64,000 nt of DNA from Lama guanicoe. Taxonomy: Eukaryota. Each line of letters begins with the position of its first letter. Positions within the stretch are counted from its first letter, which is position 1. The position numbers and the translations under genes were made by a program. The notes under the pieces were generated by a model. The model saw nothing but the letters and a program-made list of their open reading frames with translations. It was not told where the DNA came from and did no database searches. The stretch spans positions 682,001-746,000 of the forward strand of contig MU056000.1 of NCBI GenBank assembly GCA_013239625.1. Direction: 5' to 3'. Shown piece by piece: positions 1 to 12,670 of this stretch.

Positions 1-117
1 CCTTCCTGGTCAGCCTGTACTACAACACCATCCTGACGTGGGTGCTCTGGTACCTCCTCAACTCCTTCCAGCACCCGCTGCCCTGGAGCGCCTGCCCACT
101 GGACCTCAACCGCACAG
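1..117 (+). CDS. SLC6A18: SLC6A18 exon 3 (partial)
   Basis: [38 protein letters not shown]; donor CAG|gtac. Confidence 0.93.
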
Positions 118-3100
118 GTACACTCCCGGGCAGGGCGACGGGGCCTCGTCACCGTTTGCTGTCCGTTCATTCACTGTGGGACCCAGGGCCCCAGTCACTC
201 CATTCTTTCACAGAGCGGCACCTGGGGCCGCACAGCCATCGTGTGCCTGGTGACCAGAGGGTGAGGGACAGGGTGGCTGCTCTCCCTGAATTAAGACTTC
301 CAGTGGCAACCCCAGCCAAGGGCTCCATCTGGGGGGACCTCCCAGACGTGGGACACAGTCCAGGTTTTCAAGTTTGCCCCTGAAGCCAGCTTGACCTCTT
401 TCCCTCCCTGTGTCTGGCTGACACAAGCTTGGTTGGCACGTGCTGGAGGAGGCCAGCCCTGGGGGCCTGGGCGGTGGGCCCCATCCCCATGCCAGCCCTG
501 CAGGCCAGAGCTGGGTGCTCGGGGCAGCGAAGGCACAGAGGGCATCACCAGGGTGGCCAGCCTCCCTGCCGCTCACTCGGGTGCTGTGGGGCCTGTCCGG
601 GTGCCCAGGACAGGCCGTCTGTGGCCTGTGGCCAGCTCGTGACGGCCCCCCTGTCCCAGGGTTGGTGGAGGAGTGCCGGGACAGCGGCGCCGTGAGCTAC
701 TTCTGGTACCGGCAGACGCTGAACATCACGGCCGACATCAGTGACAGCGGCTCCGTCCAGTGGCAGCTGCTGGTCTGCTTGGCGGCCTCCTGGGCAGTCC
801 TGTACCTGTGTGTCATCAGAGGCATCGAGACCACCGGGAAGGTGAGAGCCTGCCGGGCAGACCCCGCACCGCAGGTCCCTCCAGCTCCAGGGGACGCCTC
901 TCCGTTTGGGTCCTCGTTGGCCTCAGGAATTTAGAGGCTCAGCCAGGAGGGGCGTGGACTTCGGGGCTGCCGGGTCTCCTTGAGAACTGATGCCGTTGTC
1001 CCTGGGAGGTGAGCCTCCGCGTCCTGGTGACAGTCGGCTCAAGAGCCCACAGGGCGTTGAAGCTGCTGTGCCAGCCTCCTCTGACTAGGTCAACCTGGTG
1101 CAGCTTTTCCCACTGCGTTTCTGTGAAGTTTCTTGGATCTCTGTGGTTACTGCGGTTTTGTGGACAGTGTGTGGTTGCGTCTTGCGTCTTCGCTCCGTGT
1201 GACCGTCCTCGCCTTTTGCCAGGGGTGTTTAGACCATTTACGTGCAATGTGCTGACCGGTCAGGGTGGGGTTAGCCTGCCGTCACGGGCTTGACTTCTGC
1301 CTGTCCCCTCTGTTCTCCGCTCCTGTCCCGCTCTTTTCCTGAGCACTCTTTTGACCCCACGCTGTGTCCTTTGCTTGCTAGCTGGGACTCTGTTACCCGG
1401 GTGGCTGAGTTGGGGGCAGAGCATCACGGTCGTCCCCCCATGAGGCTGCGCCACTCACCACGCAGAGGCCGCTCTCGGCATCACAGCCCCACCCCCACCC
1501 GGTGTCCGTGCTGTTGACGTGCATTTTGCTCACGTGTGACAAACAGCAAGTGCTTTCTTAGCATTTTTGTTTTAAGCAGTTGATTATCTTTTAAAGAGAC
1601 TTGGATGATAAGAAAGAACACATTGCCAGTTACGTGGCTTCCAGCAGAAGGCACCAGAGGAGTCTGCGCGTGCAGCTCCCAGCAGGCTTCTCGGGGCTCC
1701 CCACCCTCTCTCTCTGGGCTTGGATACGTCCAGTGTCTTGTGTGTCAGTCCTTTAAGTGACTGGGACGAAGTTCCATGCGTTTCCAGGCCAGGCCCCCGA
1801 TCTGGGGTCGTGGAGGTTTGTGGGTCCGAGTGCCCCTGTGCTTCTGCTCGGTTACCGTGGGGGCGGCGTCACTCTCACATGAGGGCTCCACGCTTGATTG
1901 CGAGGGTGGCAGTTTCTGAAGCAGCCGCAGCAAGCCGGCCAGAAACCCCAAACGCTGCTGCGACGAGAGTCCCCGGAGGGGCACCGCGTCCGTCTGCCTT
2001 TGGGGCCTGGGGCAGCGAGGGGAGAGCCCCCATTTTTGCAGACACCGTGTGCGCAGACCCCTCCCCAACCCTGACGGAGCTGGGCCGGGTCCTGCCGCAG
2101 GGGAGGGGCAGGCAGGCGAGCGGCCCATGGCCCCTGCGGAGCGGCCAGCTGGGGGCCTGGGGGCGGCAGGAAAAGGCATTGGTGCCGCGAGAGCCTGACC
2201 TTGGACCAGGGGAAGCCGCCCGCCCTGGGGAGCCCACCGCCCAGCTCAGTGGACCCCACTGGGCATCGGTGCGCCTGAGCACCTCAGGGAGCCCCAAACC
2301 CTCCGAGCTTGCACAGAGCCCGCTGTCTTGGCCCCAATCCCACGGGAACGACGTCACAGTGGGTCCCGCCCGACTCTCTCGAGGTTTCACGCGGGGCAGG
2401 CGCACAGGAAAGCCTCACAGTTGCCCTTCTTTTAGGCAATTTATTTCACAGCCTTGTTCCCGTACCTGGTCCTGACGATCTTTCTCATCAGGGGACTCAC
2501 CCTGCCCGGGGCCACCGAAGGGCTGGTCTACCTGTTCACTCCGGACGTGAGTCTTGACTCCACATTCCCCCGGGCCAGGCTCAGGGAGCACATGCGGTGG
2601 GGCCACTGCCCCGCCCAGTTCGTCCCAACCCCTGGCTGTGGGAGCAGAGACGTGGCCACAGGGAAGGTGGCTGGGGTCTCAGGGGTCGGGTTCGGAGGGG
2701 AGGGAGCAGGAGGAGGACTCGGTCTAGACTGGGGACCACTGTAAAAGAGGGGGTTCAGGGGAGAGGCCAGCTGGGGACCCAGATGTCCCACCCCTAGCAA
2801 CCTGGACCCTACATCTCTGAGGGCCTCGTCCAGCAGCATGACCCGCCAGGTGGGGAGCCACAGGGCCAAGGGGCCTGCCCACTAGAGCCGGTACCCTTTC
2901 GGGACCGGTCCACAGTCTGCGGGACCCCAGGGGCTGCCCAGCCAGCCCTGCAGGCAGAGCCCCCAGGGGAAGGGAAGGGGCCAGGTGTGGCAGCCAGCGC
3001 AGGTCTGCCTGAGCCAGCAGCAGCGCCAGGCACTCTCGGCTCGGGGCCCACCCGGCTCTCAGGTCCTGGAAACCCCAGGTCTGAGAGGAACAGAGCAAAC

Positions 3101-6100
3101 ACAGTTAAGCCCCAGCCACTGAGACCCGTCTCCCACCCCGGGAGGTCTGCCCCCAGGCTCTCAGGGCCTTGAGTGGACGGGACCAGGGGTCATCACACGT
3201 CACCAACAGGTGGCTGGGGTGGCTGTGTCTGCTCCACGTGTGGTCCTGGACTGTTCCTGGGGCCTGAGTGCGTGACTCAGAACTTTGGGAACGTTCTGGA
3301 ACGGGAGGGACCGGGCCAGGGCGGCTTGTCTGCTGGCCACGGGCCTTCCCATCTCACTCCAGATGCAGGTCCTCCGGAACCCCCGTGTGTGGCTGGACGC
3401 CGCCACCCAGATATTCTTCTCTCTGTCCCTGGCCTTCGGAGGACACATCGCTTTTGCAAGTTACAACCCGCCAAGGTAGGGCCGGGCTGGGCGGGGATCA
3501 TGCTCAGACACACAAAGCCCTTCTCTGTCGGGAAGTCCTGCCCGGTGGAGGCGGCCAGAGGTGAGCTTCTGATAACAGGCGATTCCTGAGTCTTCCCCAA
3601 GGGCCGGGAGGCGGGGCCGCTTCCAGCTCGGTCCGAGCCAGCTGCAGGAGGAGAGCCCGGGGGGTCAAGCCCAGGAGTGAGGCCTTCCCTGTGCTCCGGC
3701 CGGTGCGTGATGCTCGTGGCCACAGGAGCAGCACCACGGCTGCGCCAGCCTCCTGGTCACGTAGACGCCAGGCCGCCGCCTCTCCTGCGGGAGCTGCAGA
3801 CTTGCTCTATGAGACCAGCAGGCCGAGGACCCAAGCGTGACCACGTCACGAACCCCAGGGTGCTGGCAGGCATGCCCTTAAACCACTTCCCCGGGGTTGT
3901 CTGAGGGTGGTAGGGCAGGCGGGGGTGCAGGGGCTGGTGGCAGGGGCCTCAGGCGTGGGGGTCGGGCCCCCGGGGGCTTCAGTGCGTTTCTGCTTGGACT
4001 CCCTTGAATGGCAGCTTGTGTGTGTTTCTCGTTTGGAGACAATCCCAGTGAGACCCACAGCTGCCCCACCCTCGCCCTCAGCTCCCCGAGGCCCTGGGAG
4101 ATGGGGGGCTGAGTGTGTTACACCAGCAGCACCCCGAGCTGGGGCCCCCGGGGAGGGGTTGGCAGGGCGGGGACTGAGACGTCCGAGTTCCGGGTGGAGC
4201 ACAGGCAGGCCCCGGTGTAGAGAAGAGTGGGGGCGTCCAGGGTGTGGAGGTGTGATCCCTGAGTCGTCCCGAGGTTTGGAGGTGGGGTCTCTGGGCACAC
4301 AGGGCCACACACGTGCATGTCCCCCAGGAACAACTGTGAGAGGGACGCGGTGGCCATCGCCCTGGTCAACAGCATGACCTCCTTGTACGCGTCCATTGCT
4401 GTCTTCTCCGTCCTGGGGTTCAAGGCTGCCAACGACCACGGGCGCTGCCTGGACGGGTGAGCACGGTGCCCTCCGGGTCTGGGGCCAGGTGTCCCCCGAT
4501 CACGGCCCCACCACGGGGCCTGCTGCACTGGGGGCCCACAGACGACCTTCCCCAGGGGAGCGGGTGGAGGGTCTGTCCAGAACCTGGAATGGAAACAGGT
4601 CTCTGGCAGATGAGGTCGGTCTGGGCAGGGTGAGCCCCCTGTCCAATGACTGGTGTCCTGATCGGACAGAAAGGGACACAGGCAGGATGAGAAGCCACGT
4701 GAGACAAAGCAGAGGCTGGAGGGTCGAAGCCACAGCTCACGGACGCCTGGGGCCCCGGAGGCTGGAAGAGGCAGGAACGACCCTCCCCTGGAGCCTCTGG
4801 CAGGAGCGCAGCCCTGGACACCTGGGTCTCGGACTTCCAGCCGCGGGGCTGTGGAAGGAGGAACTCCTGTTGTTTCAAGGCCCCCCGTCCGGGGGCATGT
4901 GTCACAACAGCCCCGGGAGCCGAGGCATTAGGAGGACCCCACGCTTGGAGCTGTGCGTTCGACGGCCCGGCCTGGCCTACCAGATGTGTTTTCCTGGGTA
5001 GAACCCATCACAGTGCATAAGAGTGTCCCCCGGGGTGCTGTTGATGTCCACAGTGCCCGGGACGGCCCCACGGAGTGATCACCGTGTCACAGAGAGCCGA
5101 GATACCCGTTCTAACCGCGCTCGGCTGAGCTGCTGAGGCACGCACCTCTCACAGTGTTCCAGAGAGGCTGCAGAGGCCACGCCCGGTGCACAGTGCAACC
5201 CCTGCGGGGGAGCAGGCCCCCAGCTGCCTCCACGGAGACGCCCAGCGAACAAGTCTGTTCATCCGCTGAGGCCAGGCTCCCCCTACGGCACGTACCCCTG
5301 GCCTGAACAAAGCCCCTCGGGAGTTTTCTGTGGGTGGCATCACCGCCTTCTTGCTGCATTTAGAACACTGGACAGAAATTAAACAGCAAAACCAACAAAA
5401 AGCACAGGAATTTGAGAACCGCAGCTCCAACCATGAGGCGCTCGTCTGCGGCTCCAGCTGAGACAAGGCGGAGCGTCCCGGGGCCCGGAGGGGACGTGCG
5501 CGATGGACAAGTCCGCAAGTGCCCTCAGATGCCGCGGGGACTGGAGTCGAGGTTACAGACACATCTAGCAGGCAGGCGAATCGGCAAACAGGGAAGCCCC
5601 CATGGTGTTTGAGCCGTGAGGTCCAGGACAGTGCAGGCGTGCAGACCTGGGGCCACCGCCCACAACCTGGCCTGGGGGGGCTCTCCAGTGCTGGCCGGGG
5701 GCCCAAATTCAGGGAGGCAGGAAGCGGCACAGCCCAGTGCGTACCCTCAGGGAGTGTCCCCTCCAGCCTGGGGCCCCTCTGGGGCTGGACCAGCCTTCTC
5801 TCCCTGCGAGTGCACGAGGCCAACGGGCAGCTCCCCGCTGCCGGCCCCACAGGTGTCCACTCACCAGGCCTCCCCGCCCTGCAGAAACATCCTCCGTCTC
5901 ATCAACGCCTTCGATCTCCCCGACCAGAGCATCTCCAGGGACGACTACGCGGCTGTCCTCGCCCGCCTGAACACCTCCCGGCCTGAGTGGGCGGCTGGGC
6001 TCCACCTGGACGCCTGCCGTTTGGAGGACTTTCTGGAAAAGGTACTCGAGGGGCCGGGTCGAGGGCACCAGGCCGCACTGGGCCGAGGACTTGCTGCACA

Positions 6101-9100
6101 TGGTCCCCCGGGGTCAGGAGTGCAGGACTTTAGGCTGACTCTCTGCCTCTGCTTCTCCAAGCTTCTAGAAAACCCTGTGGCCTAAACACACCATGTCTGA
6201 AGGGCCCTGCCCAGCAGGGGGTGGGGTCCAGGCTGACCCAGGAAAGCAGGCGTTGCTGGTGCACAGAGACCAGGGAGAGGGGCCAGAGCGAGGTCACAGA
6301 GCCAGGCCGTGGCTGGAGGGGCCTCATGCAGGGCCAGCTGATGCCGAGGACCGGGGACAGCAGGCTGGGTGGGCAGCCATCTGACCGGCACCTGAGCCCA
6401 GGCCCCCAGGCCCCACGTCCCCTGCTGGCTGCTGGTTATGCGGGGGAACAGGCTCCCCCAGCTCCAGAGGTGCTCCTGAAGTTTGTTACGACACGGCTCG
6501 CACAGGGCAGGGCCACCACCCCAGCCTGGTGCCAGGGGCAGGTGCTGGTATGCGTGTCCCGGGGCGGGGCATGCCTGTGCGCAAGGCCCGGTGCGGGCGT
6601 GTGCCACCCCCTCCCTGCGCCGCCCTGCAGAGCGCCGCAGGCACGGGCCTGGCCTTCATCGTCTTCGCCGAGGCCGTCCTCCACATGCCCGGGGCGCCCG
6701 GCTGGGCCGTGCTCTTCTTCGGGATGCTGTTCACCCTGGGCCTGTCGTCCATGTTTGGGAACATGGAAAGTGTCATCACACCGCTCCTGGACTTGGGGGT
6801 CATGCCCAGAGGGGTCCCCAAGGAGCTCCTGACCGGTGAGTGGACAGCCACCTCCCTGCGGGGCCTGTCACTCTCCAGACGCCCCTCCTCCAGGTGGGCT
6901 TCTGGGCCCTGTCCCCATGGAGGCCGCACCCTGCAGCTCTGACGCCACGTCCCGAGGGTTGTCACAGGGGAGCCGAGGGTCAGGGAGTCAGGGCCAGGGA
7001 CCCTGTCCTGCACTGCCCACTGAGGACACGGCCATCTGAGCTTGTCCCCTGGCTCCCAGGGCGCAGGGGCACGTGGCCAGGAGGAGCGGACATGACAGGC
7101 AGTGGGAAGAGCTGGGAGGGCAGCGCCAGGGCGACCGCCTGAGATGTGGGGTCGTGTCCAGGGCTGGCCTGCCTGGTCTGCTTCGTCTCGGCCACCTGCT
7201 TCACGCTGCAGTCTGGAAGCTACTGGCTCGAGATTTTCGACCACTATGCCGCTTCCTTGAACCTGATCCTCTTTGCCTTCTTCGAAGTGGTCGGGGTCAT
7301 TTATGTCTACGGGATGAAACGGTGAGTCCCTGGGGTCCCGCCTTTCTGCTCCGAGCATCCGGAAGTGCACGGTGCAGGAGTCGCGGGCAGCTGCAGGATG
7401 ACACGGGACCCCGCCCTGCCTGGCTGCGGGGAGGCCAGCGACAAACGTCAGTCTCCAGCCACATGGTGGACTCCTGACGTCCAAGTGCAGGTGGGCACTA
7501 GGGCACCAGGAGGCCCGGCCAGGGTTCCAAGCCCTGCCCTCCTGGAGGTCACACACCGGTCCTGCCCACCCACACCTGGCCCGGGCCTGCCGCACACCTG
7601 ACACTCACACCTTCACTCACATCGAGACTCATACCTGCACTCACACCTGCCACCCTGGCAGTAGCCCTGCCCAACGAGCCTAGAGGTTGTGACCTCTGTC
7701 CCGTGTTCTAAGAGGTCCCGAGAGACCCTGATGCCATGGCCTCCACTGCAGCAATCTGGGCACGGGGACAGTGGGCTTGTCCCTGCGGGACGCTGCCCAC
7801 CTCGAGAGGCAGGCATGAGAGGCAGGGTCCAGCGGCGATGAGGAGGAACAGTGAGCCCGTGGACTCAACTGGCCATGGGGCCTCAGAAGAAGACACTCCG
7901 GAGCTGGGAGGAGCAGAGCTGGGGGGCTGTGCAGGCAGGGGAGGGGCCATGAGGCGGGGCACCTTCTCCGCGTCTGCAGAGGTGTTGCATATCCTGAGCC
8001 TCTGTCCCCACCCCCGGGGCCTGGGTCAGGCACCACCTTCCCCTGGGGCGTGCCACTGCTCCACCAGAGCTGGAGTCACCCCCAGGGTGGAAGTCCTCCC
8101 TCTCCCTCAACTGGGCTGACCCTCGCCCACTGGCCTTTCTCACCCATCTACCTGGAGGCTGGGTCCTCATTAGGACCCCAGAAGGCTGCCTCGTCTGGGG
8201 ACACTCAGGAAGACATGGGGCAAAGGTCAGAGTGGAGGTGGGGCGGCCCCCATGGGCCAAGTCTTGGGGTCACGGAGGCCGCTGGCTGGGCGGGTGGAGC
8301 CGAGCCCAGTGTCTCCGTGGCAGGTTCTGTGATGATATCGCGTGGATGACTGGGAGGCGGCCTGGCCTCTACTGGCAGGTGACCTGGAAGGTTGTCAGCC
8401 CCCTGCTGCTGCTGACCATCTTCGTGGCCTACATTTCCCTCCTGGCCAGCACGCCGCCGAGCTACAAGGCCTGGAACCCCCAATACGTAGGTCCTTTGGG
8501 CAGGGAGCGGGAGCCCGGGGACCGCCTCAGACCCGGCTGGCCCTGTCCTGGTGCCACCCAGGACCCAGAGGACCCCTCGGTGGGCATTCACGCCCTAAGG
8601 ACTATGGGGGCTGCTTCTGCTCTGAGACCCTTGACCCCAGACGCCCTCGGGGGTGACAGTTTGATTCCTGCAGCCCCAGTGACCTTGGGCAAGTGGTGGG
8701 AGGACAGGAGCCGCTTCCAGACTCTGGCAACCTCACGGGTCCCTGTAGCCCCTCCCACAGGGAAGTGGCTTCCAGCCAAATTTCACACGTGCAGTGGGGA
8801 TGCCCAGCCTGGTCCCAGACAAGAAACCAGCCACGCAGCTGGCCGGCGGACTCTGGCTCCAAATCTTGGCCCCAGGCTGCACTGGGAGCCGCGTGGGCCT
8901 GGCCGACCTGCTGCCCCTCTTGCGGCTCAGAACCTCGCCTGAGCTTGGGTGGGTGGTGTTGCCCCCTTACAGAGGGAGCACGGGGTCCGACAATGCCTAG
9001 CAGGTCAGGACAAGGCAGCCCTGAGACCCCCAGTGTGGGCGGCTCTCTCCAGAACAAGATGCCCCAGATTCCAGGCCTGTTTCTCAGTGCCCAGTCGCCA

Positions 9101-9501
9101 TGAGAGGCTCGGCCCCGAGTCCCAAAACATCGGCTGCCTGAGCCCACGGAGTGGTCCCTGGCTGTGTGCCTTTCGCACCCACCCACACTGGGTGCTTCAT
9201 TTCGGGAAGAGCCGGGATGAAGCTGCCCCCACACAGTTCCTGTGGCGGGGGGTCAGCCTCACCACGTCTGGGGTGGGGGGCGCCCACCTCTCGGCCTGTG
9301 TCCCTGTAGGAGCAGTTTCCCTCGCGGCAGGAGAAGCCCTACCCGGGCTGGGTGCAGGCCATCTGCGTGCTCCTGTCCTTCCTGCCTGCACTGAGTGTCC
9401 CGGCGGTCGCCCTGGTCCAGCTGCTCGCCCGGCGCCGACGGAAGCAACAAGATGTGCAGCAGGACGTGGGCCCAAAGCTGCAGGATGGCGGGGTCTGCTG
9501 A
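1..9501 (+). CDS. SLC6A18: SLC6A18 (B0AT3/XT2 Na-dependent neutral amino-acid transporter), 5'-partial; join(<1..117,660..841,2436..2546,3363..3475,4328..4456,5885..6041,6631..6835,7162..7321,8324..8486,9310..9501)
   Basis: Ten GT-AG exons splice into one open frame with SLC6 motifs ([52 protein letters not shown]). [10 protein letters not shown] and the position next to the TERT 3' end distinguish it from SLC6A19. Confidence 0.95.
660..841 (+). CDS. SLC6A18: SLC6A18 exon 4 (182 nt)
   Basis: cccag|[32 protein letters not shown]|gtgag. Confidence 0.93.
1050..1620 (-). mobile_element. Decayed L1 fragment in SLC6A18 intron 4
   Basis: ggggtgtttagaccatttacgtgcaatgtg and ttttgttttaagcagttgattatcttttaaagag resemble antisense L1M. 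Confidence 0.45.
2436..2546 (+). CDS. SLC6A18: SLC6A18 exon 5 (111 nt)
   Basis: tttag|[37 protein letters not shown]|gtgagt. Confidence 0.93.
3363..3475 (+). CDS. SLC6A18: SLC6A18 exon 6 (113 nt)
   Basis: tccag|[37 protein letters not shown]|gtagg. Confidence 0.93.
4328..4456 (+). CDS. SLC6A18: SLC6A18 exon 7 (129 nt)
   Basis: cccag|[42 protein letters not shown]|gtgag. Confidence 0.93.
4560..4925 (+). mobile_element. MaLR (MLT1-type) solo LTR
   Basis: ggaaacaggtctctggcagatg..tccaatgactggtgtcct..ggaagaggcagga..cccctggagcctc..ggacttccagcc..ctcctgttgtttcaaggc. Confidence 0.7.
5885..6041 (+). CDS. SLC6A18: SLC6A18 exon 8 (157 nt)
   Basis: tgcag|[30 protein letters not shown]|gtact. Confidence 0.92.
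6631..6835 (+). CDS. SLC6A18: SLC6A18 exon 9 (205 nt)
   Basis: tgcag|[52 protein letters not shown]|gtgagt. Confidence 0.93.
7162..7321 (+). CDS. SLC6A18: SLC6A18 exon 10 (160 nt)
   Basis: tccag|[52 protein letters not shown]|gtgagt. Confidence 0.92.
8324..8486 (+). CDS. SLC6A18: SLC6A18 exon 11 (163 nt)
   Basis: ggcag|[34 protein letters not shown]|gtagg. Confidence 0.92.
9310..9501 (+). CDS. SLC6A18: SLC6A18 exon 12 coding part
   Basis: tgtag|[36 protein letters not shown]; TGA at 9499-9501. Confidence 0.92.
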   Translation, partial: EQFPSRQEKPYPGWVQAICVLLSFLPALSVPAVALVQLLARRRRKQQDVQQDVGPKLQDGGVC

Positions 9502-10779
9502 GGGCAGGGCTGGGGCGGCGGGGGCGGGGGTCCAGCCTGCGGGCCTCGCAGCCCAACCCCAATACACACTTACCCCAGCGACTCCGAGACCCATGGTCTT
9601 TGCTTCCGACACCACCTCAGCCTCCAGACCACCTCAGGGCACAGACCAGCTCTGACATCACAGTCCAACGCCCTTCTCCAACCAGAGACAGCCCGCTGTG
9701 TGGCTCCTGGGCCCTGCAGTCTGGGGTCCTGCCTGGGGCATCTGGGTGGCCCTGCACTTACCCGGCGAGTCCACAGGCAAAACAGCTGGGGTCCCAACAG
9801 TCAGGGTGGAGACGGGGCCACTGGGAAAGCCCAGACACGCTCCTCCACTGAGGGCCTGTGAGTCTGGGAACCAGCAGGGCCAGTCCCTGAGGAAAAGCAG
9901 ACAGCGTTCTCTCCCCTGAGCTGTGAAGGGAGGCTTGGCCCCCTAGAAGCCCCTTGCTCTACCCAGAGCCCTGGGGTCCTGAGGAGGGCATGCCATGACT
10001 GCCCACGCGATGGGGAAGCTCACAGGAGAGGGGGTCTGTCTGGGACCGAGGCTTGGGTGACCTGTACTCAGAGAATCGCCACGGAGGCACAGACGCCCCG
10101 CTCTCAACTGGCCAGGGCATCACGGCCCAGAAAGCCAGGGGGTGGGGGGTGGCCGGCTCTTCCCAGGTTTAGCTCAGAAACACGGCATTTTGTTTTTCCG
10201 AGAATTCCTCAGGGTCAGTGTGTGTTAGGAGTGAACAAAAGGGCCGATTATCACGCAGGATTCCACTGTCTACAGAGGAAGGACATCTCCCCTCACGGTC
10301 GGCCGGCCCTTCCCTGTGCTGAGCCCTCTGAGCAGCCCTCAGCCACGACCCGGCCTGTTCTGGGCCCTCGGAGTACCTCCAAGTGCCCCCGCCTGCTCCT
10401 CCTCCCTCCCTCCTCTATTCCTCCATCCTTCCTCCCCTCTGCCCCTCCTCCAGCAGTCAGGTTCTAAGACGCCCGGGGGCTGGACACCCAGGCCTGCCTG
10501 AGACTCGCCTCCGCCTCCGTGGCGACCGCTGTGTCCTTGGCGTCTTGCTGGGAACACGTCCCTCCGAGCACCGTTAACGAGCCTCGGGCCAGCGGTCGCT
10601 GTCCGTGGTGCTGAAACACTGCAGCCTGCAGGGCACCAGGGCGGGTTTAAGCGGCGGCGCCCAGGCAGCCAGATCCCAGAGCAGACAGAGCCCGTGCGCT
10701 ACCGCGTGCCTGAGGGGAGCTGCACATTAAACGGCAGTCAACGCAAGAGCGCCCCGAAGTGAGTCCTGAGCCCCCCAGG

Positions 10780-11085
10780 GAAGGCAGGCCCTGCACTTTG
10801 CCCCACGCCGCACTCTGTGGTCCATGGCCTCTTCTGTGGAAAAGCCAACAGCGGTTGTGAGTCTTCTCGGGCTGCATCTCTTGGACTCGCTGCCTCTCCA
10901 GCCTCCCTCCTCCACTTTCAGGGACCTTGTGCTCACACTGGGCTCACATCCCCTCTTAAGGACAGCTGATTAGTTACGAATTCCACCTGCACCGTAATGC
11001 CCCTTTGCCACGTTGGGTGACGTACTCTGGGGTTCCAGGATTGGGACGGGGGCATCTTTGGGGGTCGTTATTCTGCCTCCCACGA
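10780..11085 (-). mobile_element. MaLR (MLT1-type) LTR fragment
   Basis: ccctcctccactttcagggaccttgtg..gctgattag..ggttccaggattgggacgggggcatctttggggg..ttattctgcctcccac. Confidence 0.65.
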
Positions 11086-12559
11086 AGGCCCGGGGTACTC
11101 TGAGCTGCCAGGTTTGGGAAGCCCTTTGCTCTACAGCGACCTTCACAGGGGAGGGTCCCATGGCCCAGCGCAGAGCACATGCCGGGGTTTCAGTGTCGAG
11201 GGAGGGGCAGGGGGATGAGCACTCGGCACTGCTTGGGGGCCAGGGGCACCGTCTGTGCCCTTTCACTCCTTTCTAGTCTTGAACTGGTCTTGCTGCACCC
11301 ATGTCCAGGGACACACGAGTGAATGAGCTTCCTCACGGGCCATTTAGACCTAGGGAAACCTGAAAAACTAGATTTTTTTCCTTTGCTTCTCAAATTTGAT
11401 TATTTTCATGGTGCACCCTGAGGAGAACTGGCAGTCTGCATGGTGGTTTTAAAAACGAGATAAATCAGAAAGAGGTCTTACCCAGCTGAGATGGAGCAGA
11501 GCACACGCCTTCTCCAGGTGAAACTACAAGTGATTCTGAGGGGAAACCTGGCAAAACGCATTTGCTAGAGAAACAGGGTTCTGGGAGCTGAAGTTAGAGC
11601 AGTGCTGACTGGCCTCTTGGGTCTGGTCAGTCAAGGAAATGCCAGACACAGGCCGGGGTGCCGGGAGCCCGCGGCGGCTGTGGTGGGTCAGCGGGCCCCC
11701 GCCGTGGGGCCCGGGACACGTCCCCCTGCACGGAGTGTCCTCCGCCCTGGGCAGTGGGCCAGCCCTCCCCAGTGAGGGCCCCGCAGGGCCAGCTCGTGGG
11801 GCAGGTGGCGCCAGCCCCTCTCTGGTCATCTCTCCTGCACTCGCGACGGGCTCTGTGGACTTGGGTCCGTCATAAACACATCAGCTCCGTCACTCGGATG
11901 CGGTCGGCAGTGGCAGTAAACAGGCCTCGGCTATAAACTGCGGCAGACACCCTGCTCTCACGCTCAGCCCGTTTGGTCTGCATTAGCAACGACCCATCCA
12001 AGGTGCACTCCAAGTGGCCCCGTCAGCGACATCCCAGGAGGAAGCCGGGGAATTGCTCACTGTCATCAAAATGCCACTGACCGGCTTTGTGCTGCCCCGG
12101 AGCACCAGGCAGAGAGCCCACCCACAGGTCACACCCTGAGCCGCCCCCTCCTGTTCAGGCCCCCGCAGTGGTCTGAAGGCACAGCCTCGGCAAAGTCACG
12201 GCAGGGCAGCCTGGCTCATCCCGAGAAAACCCCGCTGCTCCCTGGACAATGGATTCTTTCTCTTGGGGCACCTCACAGGGATCTGAGGCTGGGGTGGACG
12301 CAGAAGGCGGGGATCTGACCAGGGACACAGAGGGGCTCTGACAGGCTACTGTGAGAAGGGCACCTCTCTGTTCTCAAACCAGCCCCTCCACACCCTCCAG
12401 TCCCTTCTCCCTGCCGGCTGAGCTGTGTCCGCACAACCTCACCCTTCCCCACCTCCAAACTCCTGACCCTGACCGAGGACTAAGCCAGCCGCTGTCTGCT
12501 CTGCACTAGGGTCACCAGAGAAGACACCCCCAGGCCAGCCTCCCAACCTCCCCACCCAC

Positions 12560-12670
12560 CAGCAGCTTCAGGAACTAGTTTAAAATTCAAATTCCTGAGC
12601 CCCATCCCAGAAGTGCTGAGCCAAAAACTTGGGGGAGGGGCAGCCCCAGTGTGATTCACCCCTCAGGGGA
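12560..12670. mobile_element. Possible MER5-like hAT DNA-transposon remnant
   Basis: ggaactagtttaaaattcaaattcctgagccccatcccaga resembles MER5A. Confidence 0.4.

Noticed and set aside
6486-7604. 372-aa minus-strand ORF and 300-aa ORF at 8949..9851
   Set aside because: Antisense or off-frame shadows of SLC6A18 exons with no domain-like content
11870-11940. TATA-like CTATAAA and forkhead GTAAACA between SLC6A18 and TERT
   Set aside because: Isolated short motifs with no downstream exon or ORF support
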